A stretch of 62,928 nucleotides of DNA, the filler included. It is 7 parts of 7 records of this genome, joined end to end, with 100 filler letters (N's around TTAATTAATTAA, not from the genome) between each part and the next. Parts side by side here need not be neighbours in the genome. Positions count along the whole stretch, not along the records: positions 30,473 to 37,376 come from SRR31147125_12263; positions 37,477 to 43,088 come from SRR31147125_12302; 5 more parts are not named here. One strand, given 5' to 3'. Within the stretch, counting starts at the first letter, position 1. Each line of letters begins with the position of its first letter. This document shows, one piece after another, positions 32,321 to 42,000 of this stretch. Both the position numbers and the translations under genes were made by a program. Below the pieces are notes generated by a model. That model made no database searches and was not told the DNA's origin. It was given only the letters and a program-made list of their open reading frames with translations.

Positions 32321-33361
32321 TTAGTTCGAGTCTTGGGCATGCCTTTCGCCTTGGCTTTCGGCGGTTGCTTTGGCAAGCGCCTGCTCCGCCACAAAGCGCG
32401 GCGGCTTGCGATTCATGCTGTTGATGGCATGGGCGATGCAGCCTCCTTTGCACTGGCCGCGGCGCATGTATACACAGGTCAGGCATTCGGGGCGGCAACC
32501 CAGTGAACGGTAAGGTCCGAACACGCGTTGATAATAGTCGTGGATGGCCTGGCGCGAAGGGTAGTCGGAGAGCCGGGTACGGTATACGTCGGACAGCGGA
32601 AAGCAGCTCCATACCTCCTGATTCGGGCCGATATCGATGATGGGGTTGCATACGGATTTGAACCCTTCGGTTTGGGTCATTATAATTCCCAGTTGCTTTT
32701 CGGTGAACATGCACAGCGTCATCCCGCAGTCAAAGCCGATAATAATGTCCTCTTTTATGCAATCCCCGGCCATGCGCACAATGGTTTCGCCCAGCTCCGG
32801 ATATCGAGCCGGCGGGAAATAGGCATTGTCCTGTCCCACGATGGGTTGCGCCACCCCCACCCGAATGCGCTTGTTCAGATTATAGCGTTTGATAAAATCG
32901 ATCAGATAGCCATAGTCCACATCCGTTTCGGAGATGGTAATCCCCAGGGTCACGGATGGTCCCAGTTGCTCCAGGGCGCGATTGCGTTTGGCCTGTTTGC
33001 TCGGGCTGTCAACTTCAAAGTCCGAAATATTGCATATAATGGACGTACTCCCAGGCTTCAGGCTGGATAAAAAATCGACCTTCTTGGGCCCCATGATACC
33101 ATTGGAAAAAAGTTTGATATGAAACTGTCGTTTTTGGGCTTCTTCCATGATGGAGATGAATTGGGGATGCAAAGTGGGTTCACCTCCCAAGATGCCGATG
33201 ACCTGGACACCCGAGCCTTTCAGATAATCGAAAATTTCGACAATATGATCATAGGGCATATGGATGCTCTTTTTCTGACGTTTCATCTCGTCCAGGCGGC
33301 GTTGGGCGAAACAAAACCTGCACGATCGATTACAAAGGGCGGTGATAATGAGATTGGCCAT
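32321..33361 (-). CDS. Radical SAM enzyme with a C-terminal SPASM-like Fe-S domain
   Basis: CNRSCRFC, GGEPTLHP, FSNG; Cx14C..Cx3Cx2Cx7Cx3C. Confidence 0.92.
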   Translation of the reverse strand: MANLIITALCNRSCRFCFAQRRLDEMKRQKKSIHMPYDHIVEIFDYLKGSGVQVIGILGGEPTLHPQFISIMEEAQKRQFHIKLFSNGIMGPKKVDFLSSLKPGSTSIICNISDFEVDSPSKQAKRNRALEQLGPSVTLGITISETDVDYGYLIDFIKRYNLNKRIRVGVAQPIVGQDNAYFPPARYPELGETIVRMAGDCIKEDIIIGFDCGMTLCMFTEKQLGIIMTQTEGFKSVCNPIIDIGPNQEVWSCFPLSDVYRTRLSDYPSRQAIHDYYQRVFGPYRSLGCRPECLTCVYMRRGQCKGGCIAHAINSMNRKPPRFVAEQALAKATAESQGERHAQDSN

Positions 33362-33376
33362 CGAAAAGTCCTTATT

Positions 33377-34192
33377 TTATGTTTTTTTCATGAAAACGAG
33401 TAGCCGCTGGCAGACAACGGCGCCTATTATCCAATCATGGGATAACCCAACACGGTCTCCCGGAGGGGGGCTGATCAGTCCAAAACGGTTCAGCGCCGCC
33501 AAAATCGATGCTTGACCCTCGTTTTTGGCATACAGGGCCGCTGTAATCGACTCGGGCAAGGTCACCACAAAACGATGTTTGAGCCCGGCGTCAATCATTG
33601 GAGAAAGCATTCGCATGGGCGACGGGCTGCCGTCCCAGGCCTCGTCATCGGTAAGATCACCCAGTTCTATCAGCGATGCGTAATTGGCGCCAAGTGCCAT
33701 GGCGGTCCGGATTTGCGCGGCGTTATCCATGGCGCCGCGGATTATGACAATCTCTACATGCGGATGGACGTGGTGGCCGGCGAGTTGAATTCCTTTGCGG
33801 CGAATACGCTTGAACTCTCCCATGCAGAATTCAAATTCCGTTCTTAGGGCAGGATTATGGCCATCAAAGAACGTTCGGAAAAAATATATGCCGCCATTTG
33901 CCAGTTGCTCAACGGTCCGTGGTGCCGAGAACAGTGTGAACGGCGCCGTCAATTTGATTCTCAAGGCGCTCGCCAGCCTGGCCTGAGCCGCCGCATGCAC
34001 AATGGTGGCGATCGGTGTGCCATCGCCGCAAACCAGCTCGACATTTGCATTGCTCAGTTGGCCCAAAAGGTCTGGTAATTGCGCCTTGTCAACGGCCGTC
34101 TGCTCTTTGCCGGACAGACAACACCCCGGGCACCCCAGTTCACAAGCACCGCCTAACACGACTCTTTTGTATTCCGAATCAAACCCATTCAC
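33377..34192 (-). CDS. Highly divergent radical SAM-like protein
   Basis: N-terminal CELGCPGC (CxxxCxxC); ELVCGDG in the GGEP position; GTG start overlaps the upstream stop. Confidence 0.6.
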   Translation of the reverse strand: MNGFDSEYKRVVLGGACELGCPGCCLSGKEQTAVDKAQLPDLLGQLSNANVELVCGDGTPIATIVHAAAQARLASALRIKLTAPFTLFSAPRTVEQLANGGIYFFRTFFDGHNPALRTEFEFCMGEFKRIRRKGIQLAGHHVHPHVEIVIIRGAMDNAAQIRTAMALGANYASLIELGDLTDDEAWDGSPSPMRMLSPMIDAGLKHRFVVTLPESITAALYAKNEGQASILAALNRFGLISPPPGDRVGLSHDWIIGAVVCQRLLVFMKKT

Positions 34193-35571
34193 GGTCGGTC
34201 GCCATGGGGTTGGCGAAGAAAAAGGCAGTTGTTGAGGTTGTAGCGATGCTCAATATTTCTCGTAATCGTTTTCAACAATCGCAGTTCATGGCTCGGGATA
34301 CGATTCGTCGCATAAACGGAGTAAGGCGGCTGAGGATCGAACCTGTAGCCGAATTCCACGGCTCGCCGACGCAGATCCGTACCGTTGAGCAGCAACAGTT
34401 CATTGATGAAGATTTGAGTCGGCCGACAGCGCATGGCAAAGAATAGCCCTTCAAAAAAGGACGCCGCGGTTTCATACGGCAACCCCAGGATCAGATAGAT
34501 GTTGATGGTGCTGCCGTACCTTTTGATCCGTTCGATCCCGGCGGTAAACCGCTGCATGTCGAATTTGCGGTGGATGGCCGTGAGTGTGGGAGAATGGATG
34601 CTCTGCAAACCGATATCGAGCATTGAGAATTCACCGAGATACTGGGCGACGGCATCCGTGATCTGGTCGGCATAGGTTTCCACGGAAATGGACAGATGGC
34701 CGTATTGTTTTCTCAATCGCCTGAAATGTCGGGACAGCCGTGACAAGCGGTCGACATTGCTGTTGCAGAGGATGGGGTCCATCACATGGAAATAGCGTGC
34801 TCCTTTGGCGGCCATATACGCGGCTTCTTCACCCAGACGATCGGTGCTTGCAAGGCGGATTTTCTCGCGTTTGGCGCCTTCGAAGCAAAAACCACAACGA
34901 TTGGGGCAGCCTCGCGAGGATTCAAGCAGTACGCCCAGTTTGTTTTTCTCATTCGGCGGCACCAGACCAGCTAAAATAATGGATTGGTTTTCATCCAGAT
35001 GGGACAGACACCGGCCGGGGCCTGCAAAATCAGTGGTTCCATTCTTGCGATAACGCAGGCCGGCCACAACCTGAGGATCAGGCAAGCGTTTTGCCGAACC
35101 ATCGAAGGCATGTAAGAAATCAATGAAGGGAAGCTCGCCTTCACCGTCGATGAGGTAGTCAAAGGCAGGAACTTCCTTTAAATAATCCCCCACGGAATTG
35201 GTGACCTCTTGGCCACCGACCAGGATACAGGTCTCCGGATGCAAGGTTTTCACCTGTCGGGCCACGTCTATACAGGTATTACGGTTCCAGATGTTCATGG
35301 ACAGGCCCAGGATATCGGGGCTGATCATCGATATCGTTTGAATGATGTCTTCGACCCCAACGGTTCTATGGCCGACGAGATATTGCGGGTCATCCCACTC
35401 GATGAACCGAATGTCGTAGCGTTGGGCGAGCGCGGTGTCAGACATGGCACAGAGCGAAAGGATTCTCACCGGCAGCGAGTAGTATCCGGAAACATTAATG
35501 GCCACCAATAGACCTTTGGTCCGCGAGTTGTCCGGTTTCCATTGATCGGTTGGGGATAATTCAAGGTGCAT
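34189..35571 (-). CDS. Cobalamin-binding radical SAM enzyme (class B methyltransferase-like)
   Basis: PDILGLSMNIWN, LVGGQEVT, DGEGE, ESSRGCPNRCGFC, IGLQS and LILGLPYET motifs. Confidence 0.92.
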   Translation of the reverse strand: MHLELSPTDQWKPDNSRTKGLLVAINVSGYYSLPVRILSLCAMSDTALAQRYDIRFIEWDDPQYLVGHRTVGVEDIIQTISMISPDILGLSMNIWNRNTCIDVARQVKTLHPETCILVGGQEVTNSVGDYLKEVPAFDYLIDGEGELPFIDFLHAFDGSAKRLPDPQVVAGLRYRKNGTTDFAGPGRCLSHLDENQSIILAGLVPPNEKNKLGVLLESSRGCPNRCGFCFEGAKREKIRLASTDRLGEEAAYMAAKGARYFHVMDPILCNSNVDRLSRLSRHFRRLRKQYGHLSISVETYADQITDAVAQYLGEFSMLDIGLQSIHSPTLTAIHRKFDMQRFTAGIERIKRYGSTINIYLILGLPYETAASFFEGLFFAMRCRPTQIFINELLLLNGTDLRRRAVEFGYRFDPQPPYSVYATNRIPSHELRLLKTITRNIEHRYNLNNCLFLRQPHGDRP

Positions 35572-36385
35572 GTCGGGTCTTCTTTCGGGTCAAGGCAATT
35601 TGATCGAAGGCGCGATCCATCCGTTTTTGTCTTGCGGTAAAGTGCTCATCGGCGACGCGCCGAACCTTTGCAACCAGATTGCGCGGGTCATCAATCGGCC
35701 ATTTGTTCAGGTAGGCCAGGCTAAGCTGCTCATGCGCATCGGGGGAAAAGGCATTCAGGTATGAGCAGATGTGCCCCAGGCTCAGATGCGCAATCGTGTT
35801 GCGTCGCAGGCGCCGCAGGCGAACCGACTCGTAGTCGATCAATAACAGATCAAATGCGTTTTGGGATCCGTCCTGGAACAGCAGATTCCCGGGATGCAGG
35901 TCACGCGGGAAAAAACCCAGTTGATGGATGGCGGCCACAAAGCCGCCAATGCTATGGTATAAACGGGTCAACCATTGATCGGATAATTGGCCGGATTCTT
36001 GTTTGTGACGGATCAGCTGACTCAGGGGGCATGCGTTGGGGACCCATTCTTGGGCGAACAACGTCTGCTGGGGCATCAATCGCCGTCGCGGCCAACCGGC
36101 GCACCCCACAGGCCTGGGAACGGAAAGGCCGGCCCTGGCCAATCGCTTGCAGATTCGAAAGTCGCGGAAACCGCCGGTTTTGGCCAGTTGGGCCTTTAAA
36201 CGGGCCGCGGCGCCGTGGTGTAGATAGACTTTGACGAACAACTCTCCAGTTTCGGCAGTTACCGGCGGAATGCGCAGGATTGTGCGATCAGTCCGGGAGC
36301 GAATGATCTTGAATGGGTGCGCTTTGCCGAGGATATGATCGAATACCGGCTGGAGCGGGTTGTCTGCGATGATTGGATGGCGCAT
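35561..36385 (-). CDS. Kdo/WaaP/InaA-like (protein-kinase-fold) kinase
   Basis: LFVKVY, GLSVPRPV, RDLHPGNLL (catalytic loop) and LIDYE motifs. Confidence 0.82.
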   Translation of the reverse strand: MRHPIIADNPLQPVFDHILGKAHPFKIIRSRTDRTILRIPPVTAETGELFVKVYLHHGAAARLKAQLAKTGGFRDFRICKRLARAGLSVPRPVGCAGWPRRRLMPQQTLFAQEWVPNACPLSQLIRHKQESGQLSDQWLTRLYHSIGGFVAAIHQLGFFPRDLHPGNLLFQDGSQNAFDLLLIDYESVRLRRLRRNTIAHLSLGHICSYLNAFSPDAHEQLSLAYLNKWPIDDPRNLVAKVRRVADEHFTARQKRMDRAFDQIALTRKKTRHAP

Positions 36386-36404
36386 GGCGGCTTACATTTT
36401 CCGT

Positions 36405-37376
36405 CTACCCATTGGTTGGTCGTTTAAGGGGCCGCTCCCCCGTTGCCCTAAAATGTGGATGTTGGGACGGGCGCCATCTTTTCTCGGTAGTTGAAGACGA
36501 CGGATGGGATGATGGGGATGAGCCAGAGGCACCCCCCTGGGCGTCTTCATGGCTGATTTCCCGAACGGTCCTATTTTCAACCCGCAGAATACGATCGCAA
36601 TGGGAGAGAATCGACGGCCGGTGCGAGATGTTGATGATAATGGGGCGAGGAGACCACCGGGCCATGGATTGCAGAATGTGCCGTTCCGAGGCACTGTCCA
36701 GTTCGCTGGTGGCTTCATCCAGAATGACCAGGGCCGCTTTGCGAACAATGATGCGCGCCAGGGCCACCCGCTTGCGCTCCCCCCCGGATAACAAGGCCCC
36801 GCGCTCACCGACGCGGGTGTCAATGCCATCGGGCAATCGCCTCAACATCTCGTCGCATCCAGCCTCCTTAAGTGCACCGAGGATTTGTTCATCACTGGCG
36901 CTAAAATTACCCATCAATACATTTTTCCTGATCGTGGCATCGAACAAGAACGGTTCCTGGGAGACAATTCCAATCCGATCTCGCCAACTGGCCATCTCCA
37001 GCCGCGTCATGCTAATACCGTTGATCAGGATCTGACCGGACGAACACGGATACAATCCGTTGAGCAAATCGGATAGGGTCGTTTTACCGGCGCCGCTGGG
37101 CCCGGTCACCGCCACATGCTCTCCCTGGTGAATGGCCAGATTGACATCCTTGAGGATCGACCGCGTCCCGTCGTAGGAGAAGGAAATATTTTTCATTTCA
37201 ATGGATCGGATCGTCGCACCGATTTCGATCCGCTCCAGGTGCCGGTCGGTAATGCCGGTGGTCCAATTGATCCGGCGGATGGCGGCCAAGGCGCGCTGCA
37301 ATTCGACAATGCCCTGGGATAGGGATTTGACGGGTTTCTTCAATCCCAGTGAAGCGATCAGACAGCCCACGATGGC
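36405..37376 (-). CDS. MsbA-like ABC exporter (end of the TM domain + NBD), 5'-truncated
   Basis: GPSGAGKT, LSGGERKR, ILDEATSELD and ISHR motifs; KKPVKSL helix end. Confidence 0.92.
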   Translation of the reverse strand, partial: AIVGCLIASLGLKKPVKSLSQGIVELQRALAAIRRINWTTGITDRHLERIEIGATIRSIEMKNISFSYDGTRSILKDVNLAIHQGEHVAVTGPSGAGKTTLSDLLNGLYPCSSGQILINGISMTRLEMASWRDRIGIVSQEPFLFDATIRKNVLMGNFSASDEQILGALKEAGCDEMLRRLPDGIDTRVGERGALLSGGERKRVALARIIVRKAALVILDEATSELDSASERHILQSMARWSPRPIIINISHRPSILSHCDRILRVENRTVREISHEDAQGGASGSSPSSHPSSSTTEKRWRPSQHPHFRATGERPLKRPTNG

Positions 37377-37476
37377 NNNNNNNNNNNNNNNNNNNNNNNN
37401 NNNNNNNNNNNNNNNNNNNNTTAATTAATTAANNNNNNNNNNNNNNNNNNNNNNNNNNNNNNNNNNNNNNNNNNNN
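37377..37476. other. Artificial contig linker
   Basis: 44 N + TTAATTAATTAA + 44 N. Confidence 0.98.
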
Positions 37477-38456
37477 GGGTGGAATATTCAGAAAATCTAG
37501 ATCAAAGATCAACAGTTGATTTTGAAGAAAAAACAATTGAAGTTGAGATTATAGTTGATGAAAATACAACTACTAATGATGTTGCTAGTAAACTCAAAAA
37601 AGGTTTATTTGCATTACTTATTAAAGATACTCAAACAGCATATGATGATGATGAGCTATCACAAAATGTTGATAAAGCAATGAAAAAATCTGATCCTGCT
37701 TATAAAGTTGAAAAAGTTGAAAAAAAGCCAATTTTAACTGATTTATACTTAGGAGCAAAAGACATCTATACTAAAAAAGATCAATTAGAGATTGCTACTC
37801 TGGTTAAAAATACAGTTGACAAACTTAAACCAAAAGAGAAAAAATCTAAACAAAGTGGTAAGAAAATTGTATCAATTTCAGTAAAAATGCCTTCTGATAC
37901 AGTTATTAAAAAAGCAAAGAATTTAAAACCACAGGTTGAGAGATATTCAAAAACTGAATCTGTTGAACCAGCACTAGTTTATGCAATTATTCAATCTGAA
38001 AGTAGTTTTAATCCAATGGCTAAATCATACATCCCTGCATTTGGTTTGATGCAGATTGTTCCAAAATCTGCAGGTAAAGATGCCACTGCAAAAGTAGACG
38101 GAAGAGCTAGACTACTTTCATCATCTGAACTTTATAATTCAAAGAAAAATATTAGATATGGAGCTGCATATCTAAATATTCTATATTACAATTATTTAAA
38201 GGATATTAAAAACCTTGAAAGCAGATACTATTGTACAGTAGCAGCTTATAATACAGGTGCTGGTAATGTCGCAAAAACTTTCATAGGTAATACAAACATT
38301 AGAAAAGCTGCAGTTGAAATCAATAAACTAACACCAAATCAAGTGTATAATAGATTATTAAAAAAATTACCTTATGACGAAACTAAGAACTACTTAAAAA
38401 AAGTACATACAAGAAAACTTTCGTTTGAAACTGCTATTCAAAATGGTGAATTATAA
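37477..38456 (+). CDS. MltC-like lytic murein transglycosylase (DUF3393 + SLT), 5'-truncated
   Basis: IIQSESSFNP, FGLMQIVP, YNTGAGNV and ETKNYL motifs. Confidence 0.9.
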
Positions 38457-38490
38457 ATCATTTTGATTTAGAAAAAAATAGGGGGATAAA

Positions 38491-39481
38491 ATGAAAAAAG
38501 GATTAATTATTATATTACTAACAATATTATCTACTATTTCCTTCGCTAGAATGATTTCAGGTAGTGGTAGAGGAGACAGCGCAGAAAAAGCTAAAGAGGC
38601 TGCTCTTCGTGATATATCTCAGCAAATACAGGTCAAAGTAATTAGTGAATTTTCTAAAGAGGAAACTGTTGCAAAGGATAATAGCTATTCTGCTTCAAAA
38701 GCAGCAAGGTAAAACTTACTTCTGCAAACGACCTTTTAGGTGTAGATTTCATTGTAAATGAAATTAAAGGTGTTTTTATTGTTGAAGCATTTATTGACGA
38801 AAGCACACTTCCCTTATATGAGTTTGAAATAAAAAATCTGATAAAATCTATTGAGTTAAATGTTAGAAACTCTGAAAATAGTGATGATTTTGTTTTTAAA
38901 AAAATTATTTAGCTGAAGCTAGAGATTCCTTTGAAAAACTAGATGCTTATAGATCAGTTGCAGTAATTTTGGGCTCAGAAAAAACTTATGAAATCACTTT
39001 TTCAAAAGCTTATATTATAAATGAAATTGAAAAAATTGACAGAGTTTTTGAACAGAAAAAAGTTATATATATACAGGTCATTGATGAATTTGACGAAGAA
39101 ATTAATAATAAATACTTAATCAAAGAGATAAAAAAGATGCTTACAACTATTTCTAGAAAAAATCCTGATACATTTAGGTTAACAAATAACCCTGATAAGA
39201 AAAATGTATCATTTACAGTTAATGTTGATTCTTTCTTTGCTGAGACAACTCCACCAGTTTTTTATAATAAAAAACAAATTAGCAACGAATCATATACTGG
39301 AGATGTTTCGCTTACATTTATTATTTTTAACGAACTAACTAAATCAAGAATCGCGTCATTTTCAGTTAGTGGAAGTGCAAAAAGTTTTTTAAATGAAGCA
39401 AATGCTATCGATAAATCTGTTAGAAAAATCATGATTGATAGTAGTACGAAAAATAAAATTCAAGAAGTATTAATAAAATAG
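38491..39481 (+). CDS. Secreted LPP20-like protein (~330 aa); two homopolymer frameshifts
   Basis: Signal peptide; GRGDSAEKAKEAALRDISQQIQVKV; one extra A near 38699 and one near 38900 join it to ORF 38969..39481. Confidence 0.6.
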
Positions 39482-39531
39482 AGATAAAAAAATAAGTGCC
39501 TGACAGCACTTATTTTTTTATCTCTATTTTA
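39474..39531. terminator. Bidirectional terminator: perfect 26-bp inverted repeat
   Basis: TAAAATAGAGATAAAAAAATAAGTGC-CTGACA-GCACTTATTTTTTTATCTCTATTTTA between convergent genes. Confidence 0.85.
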
Positions 39532-39548
39532 ATTTTGAAATATTAATA

Positions 39549-40301
39549 TTACTTTCCAACTCTAATATACATCAAATGATTTGTAACATTAATTCCATCA
39601 AATCTTTCAATATATAATTTCTCTATTTGCTTTAATATATTTTTTGTTAGAGTCTTTTTATCTTTTAAAGCACTATTTGCCCCAATTCCCTTTACTGCTT
39701 TTAGAAACTCTAAAAGATTCTTAAAGTTTTGAGGTATATACTCATCTAAAAGAATTTCAAGTTCATGATTTTCTCTATCAAAATCCTCTAAAGAAATGAA
39801 GTTTTGAGAAAAAACATAGTTTGGATTATACATACGAAAAGCTTCCCTCAACTCAAAATAAGTATCTGAAGCAAATAATGAAAAGTATATTTGACCTTTT
39901 TCAGTTAGCAAACTTTTTAAGTGTGATATTGCAGTATTAATATTTTTAAACCACTGAAAACTTGCATTTGAGATAATTAAATCATATTTAGTACTAGTTA
40001 AATATGTCTCTGCATCTGCGCATATATAATTCTCTATTTCGTCTCCAAACTTATCCTTTGCAGTTTCAAGCATTGATTCTGATATATCAAGTATATCTAT
40101 CTCTGCTTCTGCATAGTTACTTAATAAAAGCTCTGTAAATATACCGGTACCACATCCAATTTCTAAAATTTTAACAGGTTTGATCTCCAACACACATAAC
40201 TCTACCAGTTTCTTTGCCATCTCCCTTTGAACTTCAGCATATTTATCATATGTCGCGGCGTTTTTAGAGAAATTTCTTTCAACCAATTTCTTTTCAATCA
40301 C
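39549..40301 (-). CDS. bioC: Malonyl-ACP O-methyltransferase BioC
   Basis: FSKNAATYDKYAEVQ, LEIGCGTG, DLIISNASFQW and KGIGAN motifs. Confidence 0.9.
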   Translation of the reverse strand: MIEKKLVERNFSKNAATYDKYAEVQREMAKKLVELCVLEIKPVKILEIGCGTGIFTELLLSNYAEAEIDILDISESMLETAKDKFGDEIENYICADAETYLTSTKYDLIISNASFQWFKNINTAISHLKSLLTEKGQIYFSLFASDTYFELREAFRMYNPNYVFSQNFISLEDFDRENHELEILLDEYIPQNFKNLLEFLKAVKGIGANSALKDKKTLTKNILKQIEKLYIERFDGINVTNHLMYIRVGK

Positions 40302-40959
40302 TTAAATAACTCCTAACTAATTCTTCTATTTTACCCTCTTCAATTATATTGTGACCACAGTGAATCTCTTTTACATTTGAATTTTTAAAACAAGCAATTA
40401 CTTTTTGGGAATTTTTATTTGCAATAACCAAATCTTCATTTCCTAATATGATTAAAGGCTCAATATCTCCCTCTAAATAAAATTCATTTACTTGCTCATT
40501 TAGTAAAAACTGCAAACCTTTTACTAAATCTTCTTCAGATGTATTTATAAATTTTTCTATATTATTTTTATAATAATTTTCAGCTGTTTCTTTGTTAAAG
40601 AAGTTTATTTTACAAAATTCTTTTATTGTTATAAGTTTGTTTTTTCTTAAATTTCTTATCATCTTTTTAATTATTAATGGTGGTGTTGTTTCTGTAAAAT
40701 TAAGCGTAGGAGATAATAAAATAAGTTTATCTGGCATAATTTTTTCCAAAGATTTTAGAGCAAGTAAAGTTCCCATCGACCATGCCAAAATGATTAGTTT
40801 ATCGTATTTAAATTTCTCTAATCGATAATAAAACTTCTCTATCTCAAGTTCATTGAAATAAAGAAGTTCGTCATATTCTATATTTAATCTCTCGTATAAT
40901 TCTTCGAAACTTGTCCAACCAGGAAAAATAACTAATAAAGTTTTCGTTTTTTTCTTCAC
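40294..40959 (-). CDS. Alpha/beta hydrolase, probable pimeloyl-ACP methyl ester esterase (BioH/BioG-like)
   Basis: FPGW, AWSMG, EDLVI and CGH motifs; overlaps bioC. Confidence 0.7.
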   Translation of the reverse strand: MKKKTKTLLVIFPGWTSFEELYERLNIEYDELLYFNELEIEKFYYRLEKFKYDKLIILAWSMGTLLALKSLEKIMPDKLILLSPTLNFTETTPPLIIKKMIRNLRKNKLITIKEFCKINFFNKETAENYYKNNIEKFINTSEEDLVKGLQFLLNEQVNEFYLEGDIEPLIILGNEDLVIANKNSQKVIACFKNSNVKEIHCGHNIIEEGKIEELVRSYLSD

Positions 40960-41522
40960 TACTTCTCCTTGTAAAATCCATTAGCTAATATATGCTGTCT
41001 AACAGTTTCTGGAACTAGATATCTTATACCTATTCCATTATTAATATTTTCTCTAACTAAAGTTGCACTTATATCAATCTTAGGATTGTTTAAAATTTTT
41101 ATACTTTGTTGCTGAGCTTTAACGTCAAATCCAGTTCTCTTAAAGACAATAAATTTAACCTCTTTTAACATCTCTTTATAATTTTTCCACTTATGAAGAT
41201 ACGCTAAAGAGTCTTCACCTATTATTTCATAAAGTTCAGCGTTAGGATAAATCTTTTGTAGGCTCTTAAATGTCTCATATGTATATGAGGACTTTCCTGC
41301 TTCAACTGTAGATATCTCAAAATCAGGATTATCATTTGTTGCTAGTTCAAGCATTTTTAATCTATCTTCAAATGAAAGTAAATCATTTTCTCGATGATAG
41401 GGTATCCCAACAGGAACAAATAAGATTTTATCCATTAAACACATTTCTTTAACATACTCTGCTATAATCAAATGACCATTATGTATTGGATTAAAACTTC
41501 CACCAAATACTCCTATTTTCAT
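40959..41522 (-). CDS. nadD: Nicotinate-nucleotide adenylyltransferase
   Basis: GGSFNPIHNGH, SYTYET, IIGED and ISATLVR motifs. Confidence 0.95.
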   Translation of the reverse strand: MKIGVFGGSFNPIHNGHLIIAEYVKEMCLMDKILFVPVGIPYHRENDLLSFEDRLKMLELATNDNPDFEISTVEAGKSSYTYETFKSLQKIYPNAELYEIIGEDSLAYLHKWKNYKEMLKEVKFIVFKRTGFDVKAQQQSIKILNNPKIDISATLVRENINNGIGIRYLVPETVRQHILANGFYKEK

Positions 41523-41975
41523 TTAGCTATCCAATCCAGATAAAATTTCAAGTAGCTCCTCTTTTTCTTTAGCCAGTTTTACTGCTTCTCTGAACTCTGT
41601 ATTTCTAAATGCTCTTGAAATATTTGATAATAATTTAAGATATTCTGTATTTTTCGAAGTTGGTGCTCCAACTAAAATTACTACTTTTGCTTTTTCTCCA
41701 TCAGGTGTATTGAATTCAATTGGAGTTTCTAAAACAGCAAATGCTATAACAATATCATTAAGAGATTCACATCTTGCATGGGGAACCACTATCTCTCTAC
41801 CTATTCCAGTAGTACCAATTTCTTCTCTTTCAAATATCTTCTTAGTAAATAACTCCTTATCAGTTACCTTCTCTGTTTTTTCCATTGTTAAATTAATTAA
41901 TTTATGGATTATTTCCTCTTTTTCAACATTGTTTTTTTCCAGTAAAATAAGCTTATTATTTAAATATTCAACCAT
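41523..41975 (-). CDS. PTS IIA component (fructose/mannitol/Ntr family)
   Basis: EREEIGTTGIG..VPHAR (phospho-His). Confidence 0.9.
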   Translation of the reverse strand: MVEYLNNKLILLEKNNVEKEEIIHKLINLTMEKTEKVTDKELFTKKIFEREEIGTTGIGREIVVPHARCESLNDIVIAFAVLETPIEFNTPDGEKAKVVILVGAPTSKNTEYLKLLSNISRAFRNTEFREAVKLAKEKEELLEILSGLDS

Positions 41976-42000
41976 ATAAGCCTCCTAATTATTATGTGTA

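Noticed and set aside
32304-32714. N-terminal extension of the GNAT ORF (295-aa call)
   Set aside because: Overlaps the rSAM/SPASM gene in another frame; the GNAT domain starts at ATG 32303
36392-36550. 52-aa alternative-frame peptide (MKTPRGVPLAHPHH..) as a RiPP precursor
   Set aside because: Overlaps the ABC transporter tail, with no clear SD or leader/core pattern; no convincing precursor is visible in the contig
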